Source: an uncultured bacterium
GTDB lineage: Bacteria; Actinomycetota; Acidimicrobiia; Spongiisociales; ZC4RG35
Direction: 5' to 3'
Assembly (NCBI GenBank): GCA_963825585.1
Contig: CAWGTX010000007.1
Location: 1,839-65,838, forward strand
Length of the DNA: 64,000 nt
Below are positions 29,401-38,863 of the stretch, in pieces. Positions within the stretch are counted from its first letter, which is position 1; each line of letters starts with the position of its first letter. The notes under the pieces were generated by a model, which was not told where the DNA came from, searched no databases, and saw only the letters and a program-made list of their open reading frames with translations. The position numbers were made by a program, and so were the translations under genes.

Positions 29401-30405
29401 ATGCGCATCGAACACACCATCGCCACCGTGTCGTGGATCCCATCCGACCTGCTCGAAGGCATGGGCAAGGCGGCCACCCGGATGAAGCTGGCTCATCACG
29501 ATCCGCCGCCGCCCGACGATCTCGGCGACGACGCGCACGCCACGCTCGAGGGGCTGCGGGCCAACGACCGTTTCCGCTTCGCCAACGAGCTGCGGGCCTA
29601 CATCGAGGTCGACGACAGCGGGACCATCACCGATTCCGGCTACTCCGGTGGAGGCCTGATGGGGGCCACCACCGTGGGGCTGGGCGTGGGCTCGATCACG
29701 GTGCCGGCGGTCAGCCTCCCCGACCTCCGGTCAGAACCCGAGGCCGCGCCGGGAGCGGTCCGCTTCACCCAGACCACTGGGGGCAGGACCGGCGCACCCA
29801 TGCCCCGGGCGGTGAAACATCCGCCATTCGTGCAGTTCTTCGCCCCGAACGTGTGGACGACGGTGGAACTGACGATCAACGCCGACGGCACCCACACCGG
29901 CGGCCTGATCGGGGCATCGGGTTTCCCGCGGCATTGGGTGTTCGACGACGGCACCCTGGTAGCCAAGAGCAGCGTGGCGGAGTACAAGAAGTGGATGAAC
30001 GAGTCGTTCGGACGGAGAACGCCGTGGGGTGACGAGGACTCACCGGCCCTCGTCACCGAAGTGGAGACCCTGCTCGAGCGGCAGTTGCAGGAGCGGATCA
30101 TGCGAGGCGACCACAAGCCCGAGATCCGGCGGATCTCCCAGGGAGACACCCTGGTGGAACAAGGGTCGGCGAGCGAGGAACTGTTCCTCCTGCTCAACGG
30201 GGTGCTGGTGGTGGAGGTCGATGGCGAGAAGCTGGCCGAGCTGGGTCCGGGGGCGGTACTCGGTGAGCGGGCGGTCCTGGAAGGAGGGTCCCGGACGGCG
30301 ACGCTGCGAGCGGTGACCGACTGCAAGGTGGCGGCGGTTCCGCCGGACGGGATCGACCGTCAGAAGCTGGTCGAGCTGTCGACGGGCCATCGGCGCGAGG
30401 AGTAG
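29401..30405 (+). CDS. cNMP-binding domain protein with an unrecognised N-terminal domain
   Basis: C-terminal GDTLVEQG, LFLLLNG, LGPGAVLGERAVLEGGSRTATLRA phosphate-binding cassette. Confidence 0.85.
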   Translation: MRIEHTIATVSWIPSDLLEGMGKAATRMKLAHHDPPPPDDLGDDAHATLEGLRANDRFRFANELRAYIEVDDSGTITDSGYSGGGLMGATTVGLGVGSITVPAVSLPDLRSEPEAAPGAVRFTQTTGGRTGAPMPRAVKHPPFVQFFAPNVWTTVELTINADGTHTGGLIGASGFPRHWVFDDGTLVAKSSVAEYKKWMNESFGRRTPWGDEDSPALVTEVETLLERQLQERIMRGDHKPEIRRISQGDTLVEQGSASEELFLLLNGVLVVEVDGEKLAELGPGAVLGERAVLEGGSRTATLRAVTDCKVAAVPPDGIDRQKLVELSTGHRREE

Positions 30406-31250
30406 TGCGGATCCATGTGTGCGGCGTCCGGGGGTCCACCCCGGCGCCCGGCCCCGAGTTCGTTGAAGTTGGTGGCAACACGTCGTGTCTCGCCATCGCC
30501 CACGACGACGAGGACGCCCCTCGCCTGATCCTGGATGCCGGGACCGGCATCCGACGGGTTGACGCGCTCCTGGAGGGTGGGCCATTCGCCGGCACGATCC
30601 TGCTCGGTCATCTCCATTGGGACCACACGCAGGGCCTGCCGTTCTTCCGGAGCGCTGACCGTCCGGACGCCACGACCCGCCTGCTGGTGCCCGAGCAGGG
30701 CGCCCCGGCGATCGACCTGCTCCGGCGGTTCATGTCACCTCCGGCCTTCCCGATCGAACCGACCGGGCTCAACGGTTCGTGGTCGTTCGACTCGATCGCC
30801 GAAGGGACACACGCCATCGAAGGCTTCGAGGTGGTCGCCCGAGAGATCCCACACAAGGGCGGGCGGACGTTCGGGTATCGCATCAGCGATGGCCACGCCG
30901 GCTTCGCCTATCTCTCCGACCACGGCCCGGCGGGCGTGCTCGGACCCGGACCGGACGGGTGGGGGCCCTACCACGAGGCGGCGATGGACCTGTGCCGCGG
31001 GGTCGACCTGTTGATCCACGATGCCCAGCACACCTCCCAGGAACTGCCTACCCAGGCGGCATACGGGCACTCAGCCCTCGACTACCCGGTGGCGCTGGCG
31101 GAACGATGTGGTGTCCCACGGGTTCTCCTGTTCCATCACGCCCCGGGCCGCACCGATGCCGAGGTCTCCGACATCGAACGGTCAATGGCCGACAGAGGTA
31201 CGGTCGCCACCGAAGCGGCTCGCGAGGGCACGACGATCGAGCTCGCCTAG
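30405..31250 (+). CDS. MBL-fold metallo-hydrolase, putative cyclic-nucleotide phosphodiesterase
   Basis: GVRGSTP, GGNTSC, LDAGTG, HLHWDHTQG, LIHDAQ, GHS, LFHHAP; stop/start overlap with the cNMP gene. Confidence 0.85.
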   Translation: MRIHVCGVRGSTPAPGPEFVEVGGNTSCLAIAHDDEDAPRLILDAGTGIRRVDALLEGGPFAGTILLGHLHWDHTQGLPFFRSADRPDATTRLLVPEQGAPAIDLLRRFMSPPAFPIEPTGLNGSWSFDSIAEGTHAIEGFEVVAREIPHKGGRTFGYRISDGHAGFAYLSDHGPAGVLGPGPDGWGPYHEAAMDLCRGVDLLIHDAQHTSQELPTQAAYGHSALDYPVALAERCGVPRVLLFHHAPGRTDAEVSDIERSMADRGTVATEAAREGTTIELA

Positions 31251-31281
31251 GGCCCGAGCCTCGCATCGCTACGCTCGGTCG

Positions 31282-31998
31282 ATGGACGCTCAGGCCCGAC
31301 GATTCATGGACATGCACGACGACGGTTTCTTCGTGCTGCCAAACCCGTGGGACGTGGGGTCGGCGGTGATGTTGGAGAGGATGGGGTTCGCCGCCCTCGC
31401 CACCACCAGCGCCGGGTTCGCCGCCACTTGGGGGCGCGACGACTACGAGATCACGTTCGACGAGTTGTGCGCCCACGTCGAGGTGATGGCGGCGGCCGTG
31501 TCGGTGCCGCTCAACGTCGACGCCGAGCGCCTCTTCGCCGCCACACTCGACGAGGTCGCCGCCAACGTGGACACGTTGCGATCCCTGGGTGCCGCCGGGG
31601 TGTCGATCGAGGACTACGACCCCGTGACCGACGGCATCGACGACATCGCAGTCGCCGCCGAACGGGTGGCGGCCGCCGCCGGTCGAGGCGTGGTGCTGAC
31701 CGCCCGCGCCGAGAACCACCTCAATGGCGTCGACGACCTCGACGACACCATCGAGCGCCTCCGGGCCTATCGGGCCGCCGGCGCCGACGCCGTGTACGCC
31801 CCCGGTCTCACCGCCGAGGCAGACATGGCCCGGGTCGTCGACGAGGTCGGAGCCCCCGTCAATGTGCTGCTGCTTCCCGGCGGGCCGCCTCCCCGCCGCC
31901 TCGCCGAACTCGGCGTCCGCCGCGCTTCCACCGGGTCCACCCTGGCCCGTCTGGCATACGCCGCCGCCGAAGAGCAGGCCCGATCACTGCTGTACTGA
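31282..31998 (+). CDS. Isocitrate lyase/PEP mutase family protein
   Basis: LPNPWDVGSA, ALATTSAG, GVSIED, LTARAE, AGADAVYAPG. Confidence 0.9.
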   Translation: MDAQARRFMDMHDDGFFVLPNPWDVGSAVMLERMGFAALATTSAGFAATWGRDDYEITFDELCAHVEVMAAAVSVPLNVDAERLFAATLDEVAANVDTLRSLGAAGVSIEDYDPVTDGIDDIAVAAERVAAAAGRGVVLTARAENHLNGVDDLDDTIERLRAYRAAGADAVYAPGLTAEADMARVVDEVGAPVNVLLLPGGPPPRRLAELGVRRASTGSTLARLAYAAAEEQARSLLY

Positions 31999-32032
31999 CG
32001 AGAAGTCCTGGTTCCTCCGCCTTCCCCTAATA

Positions 32033-32068
32033 CCCAGGGGGGACGACCCCCCTTCGACCCCCCGCCGG
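32033..32068. repeat. REP-like GC-rich element
   Basis: CCCAGGGGGGACGACCCCCTTCGACCCCCCG nested palindrome in intergenic DNA. Confidence 0.45.
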
Positions 32069-32211
32069 TCCTCGTCGCGACGGATCGCGGGTTGGGCCGG
32101 GGGGTGCAGATCCGAACCGGTACTCCGTCGCCACGTCAAACGGTGAACGGTTTCCGGTCCGCCCTCCGCTGCCATCCTCCGCCTTCCTCTCTATAGACTG
32201 CATCACACATC

Positions 32212-33228
32212 ATGTTTGACCCAACATCGCTCTCCGTCATCGACATGCACGCCCACCTGCTGCCTCGCTCGGCCATCGCCGCCGCCGAGAGCGGGACCGA
32301 CTGGTTCGGCTCACGGGTCGAACGCGACGAGTTGGGGAGACCCCGCATCGTCACCGGCGACTATGAGGTGTCGCTGGGCGGCAAGGTGCACTGGGAGTCG
32401 ATGGAACAGCGCATGCAACGAATGGACGCCGCCGGCGTCGACATGCAGGTGCTGTCGCTCAACCCGATCCTGTTCCGCTACTACGTCGACGCCGGTCACG
32501 CCGTGGAGGGCAACCGGGCGATCAACGACGAGATCGCCGGATTCGTGCACCAGTGGCCCAACCGGTTCGCCGGGTTCGCCGCACTCCCCCTCCAGGACCC
32601 GGCTGCGGCTGTTGCCGAGCTGGAGCGGACGATGGCGATCGAAGGCATGGTCGGCGCCGCCGTCGGCTCCCACGTCAACGGGTCCAACTGGGACGAGCCA
32701 CACCTCTTCCCAGTGCTGGAGGCGGCTGCCGACCTGGGCGCCACCGTGTTCCTCCATCCCTCGGCGTCCCGCCTGAAGGAGGCGTTGCCCCGGTATCACA
32801 TGCGCAATTACATCGCCAACCCCACCGAGACCACCATCGCCATCGGGTCACTGATCTTCGGCGGAGTGATCGAGCGGCTCCCCCACCTCAAGATGATGTT
32901 CGCCCACGGCGGCGGGTACGCCTGCTGGGCGTACGCCCGCTTCGACCACGGCCACGGCATTCGCCCCGAAGCACGCGAGCACATCGAGACGGCGCCGTCG
33001 GAGTACCTGCGTCACCTGTGGTACGACTCGCTCGTGCACGGCTACGGCAACCTGCGCCGGGTGTTGGAAGTCGCCGGCGGCGACCGGGTGGTGCTCGGGA
33101 CCGACTTCCCCGCCGACATGGGCCAGCCCGATCCGGTCACCTGGATCAACGGCAGCGACCTCGACGAGGCCGAGCGCAAAGCGGTCCTCGGTGACAACGC
33201 CAAGAAACTGATCGGGTGGGCGTCGTGA
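32212..33228 (+). CDS. Amidohydrolase_2 family protein (ACMSD-like)
   Basis: IDMHAH, LPLQD, FLHP, IANPTETT, AHGGG, LGTDFPADMG. Confidence 0.9.
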   Translation: MFDPTSLSVIDMHAHLLPRSAIAAAESGTDWFGSRVERDELGRPRIVTGDYEVSLGGKVHWESMEQRMQRMDAAGVDMQVLSLNPILFRYYVDAGHAVEGNRAINDEIAGFVHQWPNRFAGFAALPLQDPAAAVAELERTMAIEGMVGAAVGSHVNGSNWDEPHLFPVLEAAADLGATVFLHPSASRLKEALPRYHMRNYIANPTETTIAIGSLIFGGVIERLPHLKMMFAHGGGYACWAYARFDHGHGIRPEAREHIETAPSEYLRHLWYDSLVHGYGNLRRVLEVAGGDRVVLGTDFPADMGQPDPVTWINGSDLDEAERKAVLGDNAKKLIGWAS

Positions 33229-34163
33229 GCGAGCTCGAGACCTTCATCCCCCAGAGCTCGGCCCGTCTCGGTGAGCTGTTCGGCCGCCTCGACCCCGCCT
33301 TCGAGCAGGTGTGGCGCACCCACCTGGGCCGGCTCATCACCCGACCGGGGCTCGACTCCCGCAGCCGATTACTGGTGCTCACCGCCCAGTACACGGTGTC
33401 GAAGATGCCCGCACAGCTGGAGGAGAACATCGTCGCCGGCATCGACGCCGGCGTGCCCGCCGCCGAGATGCTGGAGGTGATCTTCCAGTGCTACGTCTAC
33501 ACCGGACCGTGGGTGGTGGCGGCCGGGTGCGAGGCGTTCGAGCGGGCGCTGGCCCAGCGCCCCGACGCCGTCAACGACCTGAACGAGCGGATCGCAGACA
33601 ACTCCACCCGCAGTCTCGACGAGGAACGACAGCGGTGGGGTGCCAACGACCAGTCCGATCCCCGCATCGAGCGGTTGCTCGACACCTACGGATGGTGGGG
33701 GTTCTCTACCGGGCTGCGACTCCGTCCCGGCCACCACATCAACCTGGTGGACACCCTCGACGCCCTCGACCCTGACTTCGGCAAGGCGTGGCTCGACTCG
33801 GTGTACGAAGGGATGTACAGCCGCAAGGTGCTGTCCGACCGCGACCGTCTGCTGGCGGTGGTGGGGGCGACGCTGTCGATCGGCGAAACCCACCAGTCGC
33901 GCCGGCATATGCGGGCCGCGCTCCGCGCCGGGGCGACCCCGAAGGAACTGCTCGAGGTGATCATCCACACGACGTCCATCTTCGGTCACCCCCACCTGAT
34001 GCCTGCCGCCCTGGATGACCTCATCCGCATCGCCGACGACGAAGGGAAGCTCGACGAACTGGTGGCGCCCGAGCGGCAGGAGCAGATCCTCGAGATCGTC
34101 TCGGCCCGGGTCGCCCGTCGCGGCGGTATCCAGGATGACATCAGCGGAGCGATCAACTCGTGA
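33225..34163 (+). CDS. Two-domain CMD/AhpD-like protein
   Basis: RPGLDSRSRLL...AEMLEVIFQCYVYTG and RKVLSDRDRLL...HMRAALRAGATPKELLEVI. Confidence 0.8.
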   Translation: MSELETFIPQSSARLGELFGRLDPAFEQVWRTHLGRLITRPGLDSRSRLLVLTAQYTVSKMPAQLEENIVAGIDAGVPAAEMLEVIFQCYVYTGPWVVAAGCEAFERALAQRPDAVNDLNERIADNSTRSLDEERQRWGANDQSDPRIERLLDTYGWWGFSTGLRLRPGHHINLVDTLDALDPDFGKAWLDSVYEGMYSRKVLSDRDRLLAVVGATLSIGETHQSRRHMRAALRAGATPKELLEVIIHTTSIFGHPHLMPAALDDLIRIADDEGKLDELVAPERQEQILEIVSARVARRGGIQDDISGAINS

Positions 34164-35191
34164 GCAAAGGGATCGCCATCCTCGGCTGCGGGGCGATCGG
34201 CTCCAGCGTTGGCGCCGACATGACTGATGCCGGCGAGGACGTCACCCTCATCGACCAGTGGCCCGCCCACGTCGACGCCATGAAGACCAAGGGCTTACGG
34301 GTGGTGATGCCCGGCCTCGACCTCCACGTCCAGCCCAAAGCGATGCACCTCTTCGAGCTGGCCACCGACAGGCCCGAGTTCGACATCGTGTTCCTGGCCG
34401 CCAAGAGCTACGACACCGCCTGGCTCACCCAGCTCATCAAGCCCTACCTGAAGCCTGGCGGCATGTTCGTGGGCCTGCAGAACGGGATGAACGACGATCT
34501 CATCTCGTCGATTCTCGGCCCTGAAAGGGTGGTCCCATCGGTGGTGGAGCTGTCGGCCGAGATCTGGGAGCCGGGCGAGATCAAGCGTGACACCACCCGC
34601 ACGGGAACCTGGTTCGGGGTGGGCGAGATCGACGGCACCACCACGCCCCGGGTGGAGGAAGCAGCCCGGCTGCTCGGCCATGCCGCCAAGGTGGGCATCA
34701 GCGACAACATCCTCGGTTCCAAGTGGACCAAGCTGCTGGCCAACTCGATGACGATGGGCCCCTTCAGCCTGTTCGGGTTGAAGAACTGGGACGCCGCCAA
34801 GCTGCCCGGCATCTTCGAGATCTCGGTGGCGATCGGCCGCGAGACCGTGGCAGTCGGCGCCGCCCAGGGGCTCCGGCTCCAGCCGATCTTCGGCCTCACC
34901 GCCGAGGAGTTCGCCGGGGCCGGCGACGAGGTGCTGGTCACCGCCATGAAGACACTGTTGGAGCACGTCGGCGAGCACTCCATGACCGCCACCGTCCAGG
35001 ACGCCCACAAGGGCCGACGCACCGAGATCGAGTCGATCACCGGCACCGTTGTGCGCAAGGGCCGCGAGTTCGGGGTGCCCACCCCCTACAACGATGCGGT
35101 GCTGGAGATCGCCCTCGAGATCAGCAACGGCAAACGGAAGATGGACCCCGCCAACCTCGATCTGCTGAAGGAGCGGTTGAACATCGCCTGA
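34160..35191 (+). CDS. Ketopantoate reductase (PanE/ApbA) family oxidoreductase
   Basis: ILGCGAIG, FLAAKSYDT, GLQNG, KWTKLLAN, QDAHKGRRTEIESITG, VPTPYN. Confidence 0.9.
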   Translation: MSKGIAILGCGAIGSSVGADMTDAGEDVTLIDQWPAHVDAMKTKGLRVVMPGLDLHVQPKAMHLFELATDRPEFDIVFLAAKSYDTAWLTQLIKPYLKPGGMFVGLQNGMNDDLISSILGPERVVPSVVELSAEIWEPGEIKRDTTRTGTWFGVGEIDGTTTPRVEEAARLLGHAAKVGISDNILGSKWTKLLANSMTMGPFSLFGLKNWDAAKLPGIFEISVAIGRETVAVGAAQGLRLQPIFGLTAEEFAGAGDEVLVTAMKTLLEHVGEHSMTATVQDAHKGRRTEIESITGTVVRKGREFGVPTPYNDAVLEIALEISNGKRKMDPANLDLLKERLNIA

Positions 35192-35212
35192 CCTGGACCG
35201 ACACCACGTGGA

Positions 35213-35597
35213 TCAGGAGCGCACCAGCGTGATGGGACAGGTGGGCCCGGGGGCACCGCCGAGGCGCCGATCCGCTGTGACGAGGGCACATTCGAGAGCC
35301 TCCGCCAGCGCCACATAGGTGGCGTCGTAGCCGGTCAGGTTCTCACGCAACGACCACACGCGGCCGAGCAGGCCTACCGCCGCCACCCGCCCCATCCCAA
35401 GTCTGCGCCAGCGGTCGAGTGCCCGGGCCGCATCGGCTTCCGCCACCGACCCGCGCGAACACCTGGCCGCGCAAGGCGTGGGTCAACTCGGAGTCGATCA
35501 GGTGAGGAACCACGACGACCTCCGTAGCGAGGAGCCGTCGTGCGTCTCCGTCCTTCAGCAAGCCGTAGACGGCGGCTGAAGCGTCGAACACGATCAC
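35213..35597 (-). CDS. vapC: PIN-domain VapC toxin, frameshifted near 35455
   Basis: MIVFDASA...[14 protein letters not shown] in one frame; [30 protein letters not shown] in another. Confidence 0.8.
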
Positions 35598-35815
35598 GGC
35601 CTGGACCGGCCCTCGTCGATATCGGCGAGCACCGAATCGATGTCGACACTCAGGTCGGGGAGGTCTGCCAAGAGATCGGGATTGTCGGCCCGCCGGGAGA
35701 TCCCCGCCAACTCGCGCACGACGTAGGCCGACAGCGAGATCCCCTCACGGGCGGACAGCCGCTCGAGCCGTACCGCAACCTCATCGGGAACATTTCTCAG
35801 ATACAGCGTCCGCAT
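35594..35815 (-). CDS. vapB: FitA/VapB-like RHH antitoxin
   Basis: [36 protein letters not shown]. Confidence 0.85.
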   Translation of the reverse strand: MRTLYLRNVPDEVAVRLERLSAREGISLSAYVVRELAGISRRADNPDLLADLPDLSVDIDSVLADIDEGRSRP

Positions 35816-36007
35816 GTTGCAGAATGCTAGCTCTCCGCAAGCATCAGCGCCAGACCCTTGCGGGCTTCGTGGACGCCGTGCCCGGAAGCGACGCCACTCG
35901 CATCAGCACCCGTTCGGCCTCGATCCCCGGCCGCTACCGTGCAGATCGCCCCATCCAATAAATCACCGGAACGGTGGATTCCGGCCAGAACGCGCAGGAG
36001 GAACTGC

Positions 36008-36857
36008 ATGCAACCGGCGAAAGCCCCCACGGTTTCGGCCCATGGCGCCGAGATTCCCGTCGTTGGGTACGGCACCATGCAGTATCCCCAGCCCGAGCGG
36101 GCGGTGGAACTCGTCACGCACGCCCTCCTCAATGGATACCGCCACATCGACACGGCCCGCAAGTACGGGTCGGAACATTGGGTCGGCGAGGGCATCAAGG
36201 CCGCCGGCCTACCCCGCCAGGACCTGTGGGTCACCACCAAGGTGACCGAAGAGGACGCCACCGCCGACGCCTTCGCCCGTTCGGTGGAGACCAGCCTGGA
36301 GACCCTCGGACTCGACTACGTCGACCTTCTCCTCATCCACTGGCCGCAGCCACGGGTGCCGCTCGCCGAAACGGTCGGCGCCCTCGTGAAGGCGAAACGG
36401 GACGGACTGACACGCAACATCGGCGTGTCGAACTTCACCGTCGCCCTGCTCGACGAAGCGGTGGCGCTCAGTGACGAACCGCTGATGGTGAACCAGGTCG
36501 AGTACCACGCCTATCTGCGCCAGGACAAGGTCCTCGCTGCGGCCGCCCGCCACGGCATGATCACCACCGCCCACGTTCCGCTGGCGCGCGGCCGGGTCCT
36601 CGACGATCCGGTGATCGTCGAGATCGCCGCCACCCACTCCAAGTCGCCCGCCCAGGTGGCACTCCGCTGGCTCATCCAGCAGCCGACAGGTGGTCGCGGT
36701 GCCACGGGCGCTGGAGCACCACGAGATCGAGGAGAACATCGATCTGTTCGACTTCGAACTGACCGACGACGAGATGGACCGGATCGGCGCACTGCGCGAC
36801 CGGAACATGCGAGTCGTGGACCCCGAGGTTCGTCGCCCGGTCTGGGACGAGGGCTGA
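36008..36857 (+). CDS. Aldo/keto reductase, frameshifted near 36688
   Basis: GYRHIDTARKYGSE, VTTKV, LDYVDLLLIHWP, IGVSNF, NQVEYH, AQVALRWLIQ; C-terminus ENIDLFDFELTDDEMDRI in another frame. Confidence 0.85.
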
Positions 36858-36944
36858 ACAGCGACCGTTCATGGGCAACTCACGAATCACCGAGCCCTCG
36901 AACTGCTCGGCGAAGTCGGCCCACACCGACCTACGCTCGCCGAC

Positions 36945-37509
36945 ATGCCTGAGTTCACGTTCCGTCGGGTGGAGCGATCCGACTTCCCGCTCCTCCGGCG
37001 CTGGCTGCGCCGAACCACACGTCGCCAGGTGGTGGAACCACGAGTTCAGCTCCGAGGCGGTCGAGCGCGACTTCGGGCCCCGCGTCGATGGCGAGGAGCC
37101 GGGTGAGGATCACCTCGCGTTCATGGGTGGCGCAGCCCTCGGGCTCATCCAGTTCCTTCGGTTCGAGGACTATCCCGAATACGTCGAGGAAGTCGAGGAC
37201 GTGGTTCCTGTCCCGGCGGGCGCCGTGAGTGTCGACTACCTGATCGGTGAGGCGGCGCTCATCGGCCGGGGTCACGGGAGAGCCATGCTGACGGCCTTCG
37301 TCGAGAGGATCTGGGCCGAGGAACCCGCCGCCACCTGCGTCATCGTCCCGGTCAACTCCGTCAACGTCGCCTCGTGGAAGGCGCTGCTGGCGGCCGGGTT
37401 CCATCTCGCCGGGCGCGGCGAGATGGAACCGGACAACCCACTCCACGAGTGGATGCACGAGGTCCTTCGTCTCGACCGGCCGGGGTTGAGCCACGTGGAG
37501 ACGGGGTAG
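36945..37509 (+). CDS. GNAT acetyltransferase (AAC(6')-Ib/Acetyltransf_8-like), frameshifted near 37008
   Basis: MPEFTFRRVERSDFPLLRRWL, then EPHVARWW...VDYLIGE..IGRGHG...NVASWKALLAAGF. Confidence 0.75.
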
Positions 37510-37518
37510 ATCCTGCTC

Positions 37519-37743
37519 ATGGATGAACGACCTCTCGAACTCCAGGACGCGCTCGCCGGCCTCGACTATCCGGCTGTGAAGGCCGATGTGGTGGCGCAGG
37601 CGGAACACAACGGCAGCGACGCCACGATGGTGCAGACGCTCAAGGATCTGCCCGAGCGGACCTACTCGGGGCCCGAGGATGTGACCGGGGGCATACGCGA
37701 CCGGGTGTCCGACGAAATGCCTCCCCCTCCGGGTGGCGACTGA
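37519..37743 (+). CDS. DUF2795 family protein
   Basis: LQDALAGLDYPAVKADVV..AEHNG...LPERTYSGPEDV. Confidence 0.8.
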   Translation: MDERPLELQDALAGLDYPAVKADVVAQAEHNGSDATMVQTLKDLPERTYSGPEDVTGGIRDRVSDEMPPPPGGD

Positions 37744-37757
37744 ATCCCGGAGGGGGA
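37722..37757. terminator. GC hairpin at a convergent gene junction
   Basis: TCCCCCTCCGGG...CCCGGAGGGGGA. Confidence 0.45.
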
Positions 37758-37771
37758 AGATCTGGGGGGAG

Positions 37772-38863
37772 CTAGCGGAGATCGACCCTGACCGGCGTAC
37801 TCGTATGGGACGCCTCCTCGATGGCGAGGGTGGCCGCCAGGGTCACCAGCGCTTCGGGACCGGTGGTCAGGTGGCACGGGGCACCCACCGTCAGATGGTC
37901 GAGCCAGGCGCGGGTCTCGTCTGCAATGCGCCCGAACATCTTGCCCTGTGCCCACTCACCGGAGGTTCGGCTGCCGAGGAAGGCGAACTTGAGTTCCTGA
38001 TTGGTGGCGTAGGCGTTGGTGTATCCCTGCTCGGAGAACAACATCTGGTCGCGGTGATCGTCGTCGATGAGGATTGCGCCTTCCGAACCGAACATCTCGA
38101 AGCGGATGCTCTGCCCGGTGGTGGGGAACCCCAGCGGCAACGAGTAACAGACGTCGAATCCGAAGGAGGTCCCGTCGGAATAGGTGACGGTGGCGGTTGT
38201 GACGTCGTCGACGTCGAAACCGTGTTCCCGGAACACCACACCGTGACCGCGAGCAAACGCCTCGACCGGGACGACATCGGGCGCGAGATACCACCCGACC
38301 AGATCGACGAGATAGGTCATGATGTCCATGACGGGCGTGGCGTGGACACTACGACCGAGGATGGCGAGCCCCTGGGACCGACTCGAGTAGACCCGGCTCC
38401 ACCCGCCCACCACGGTGCCGATCTTGCCCTGCTGCACCAGGTCACGCGACACGAAGTACTTCTGCAGGTAGCGGGCGCTGTATCCCACCCGGAGATCCAC
38501 CCCAGCGGCGACCGCCTCTTCAACCATCTTCGTGCCACCGGGAATGTCGAGAGACAGGGGCTTTTCGACCAGCACGGGCTTGCCCGATGCGATCGCGGCC
38601 AGGGTGGCGTCGACGTGGGAGTCCTCGGGAGTCGACACGATGACCGCATCGACCCTGGGGTCGTTGATGACCGCGAACGAATCGTCGCCCACCGCGTCAG
38701 CCTCGGTGGCGGCGCCGAGTCGTTCCGCCGCCGCGCCATCGATGTCGGCGATGCGCAGGTAGTCGACACCGGGATGATCGGTGACGAGGCGGGCTCGGTG
38801 GGTGCCGATCCTGCCGGCACCCACCACGCCGACGCCGATGCTCCGGCGTCGCCCTCTCGTCAC
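37772..38863 (-). CDS. Gfo/Idh/MocA family oxidoreductase
   Basis: GVVGAGRIG, VIVSTPEDSH, GKPVLVEKP; GTGA overlap with the TauD gene. Confidence 0.9.
   Translation of the reverse strand: MTRGRRRSIGVGVVGAGRIGTHRARLVTDHPGVDYLRIADIDGAAAERLGAATEADAVGDDSFAVINDPRVDAVIVSTPEDSHVDATLAAIASGKPVLVEKPLSLDIPGGTKMVEEAVAAGVDLRVGYSARYLQKYFVSRDLVQQGKIGTVVGGWSRVYSSRSQGLAILGRSVHATPVMDIMTYLVDLVGWYLAPDVVPVEAFARGHGVVFREHGFDVDDVTTATVTYSDGTSFGFDVCYSLPLGFPTTGQSIRFEMFGSEGAILIDDDHRDQMLFSEQGYTNAYATNQELKFAFLGSRTSGEWAQGKMFGRIADETRAWLDHLTVGAPCHLTTGPEALVTLAATLAIEEASHTSTPVRVDLR

Noticed and set aside
27460-31250. Pycsar/CBASS anti-phage system
   Set aside because: The cyclase is receiver-fused and co-transcribed with sensor kinases, and the cNMP protein lacks TIR or TM effector domains. 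A regulatory role fits better, though defence is not excluded.
34160-35191. panE assignment
   Set aside because: It sits in an amidohydrolase-CMD operon, so it is more likely a catabolic 2-oxoacid reductase paralog.
36945-37509. Aminoglycoside resistance gene aac(6')
   Set aside because: Only fold-level resemblance; the substrate cannot be supported from sequence.
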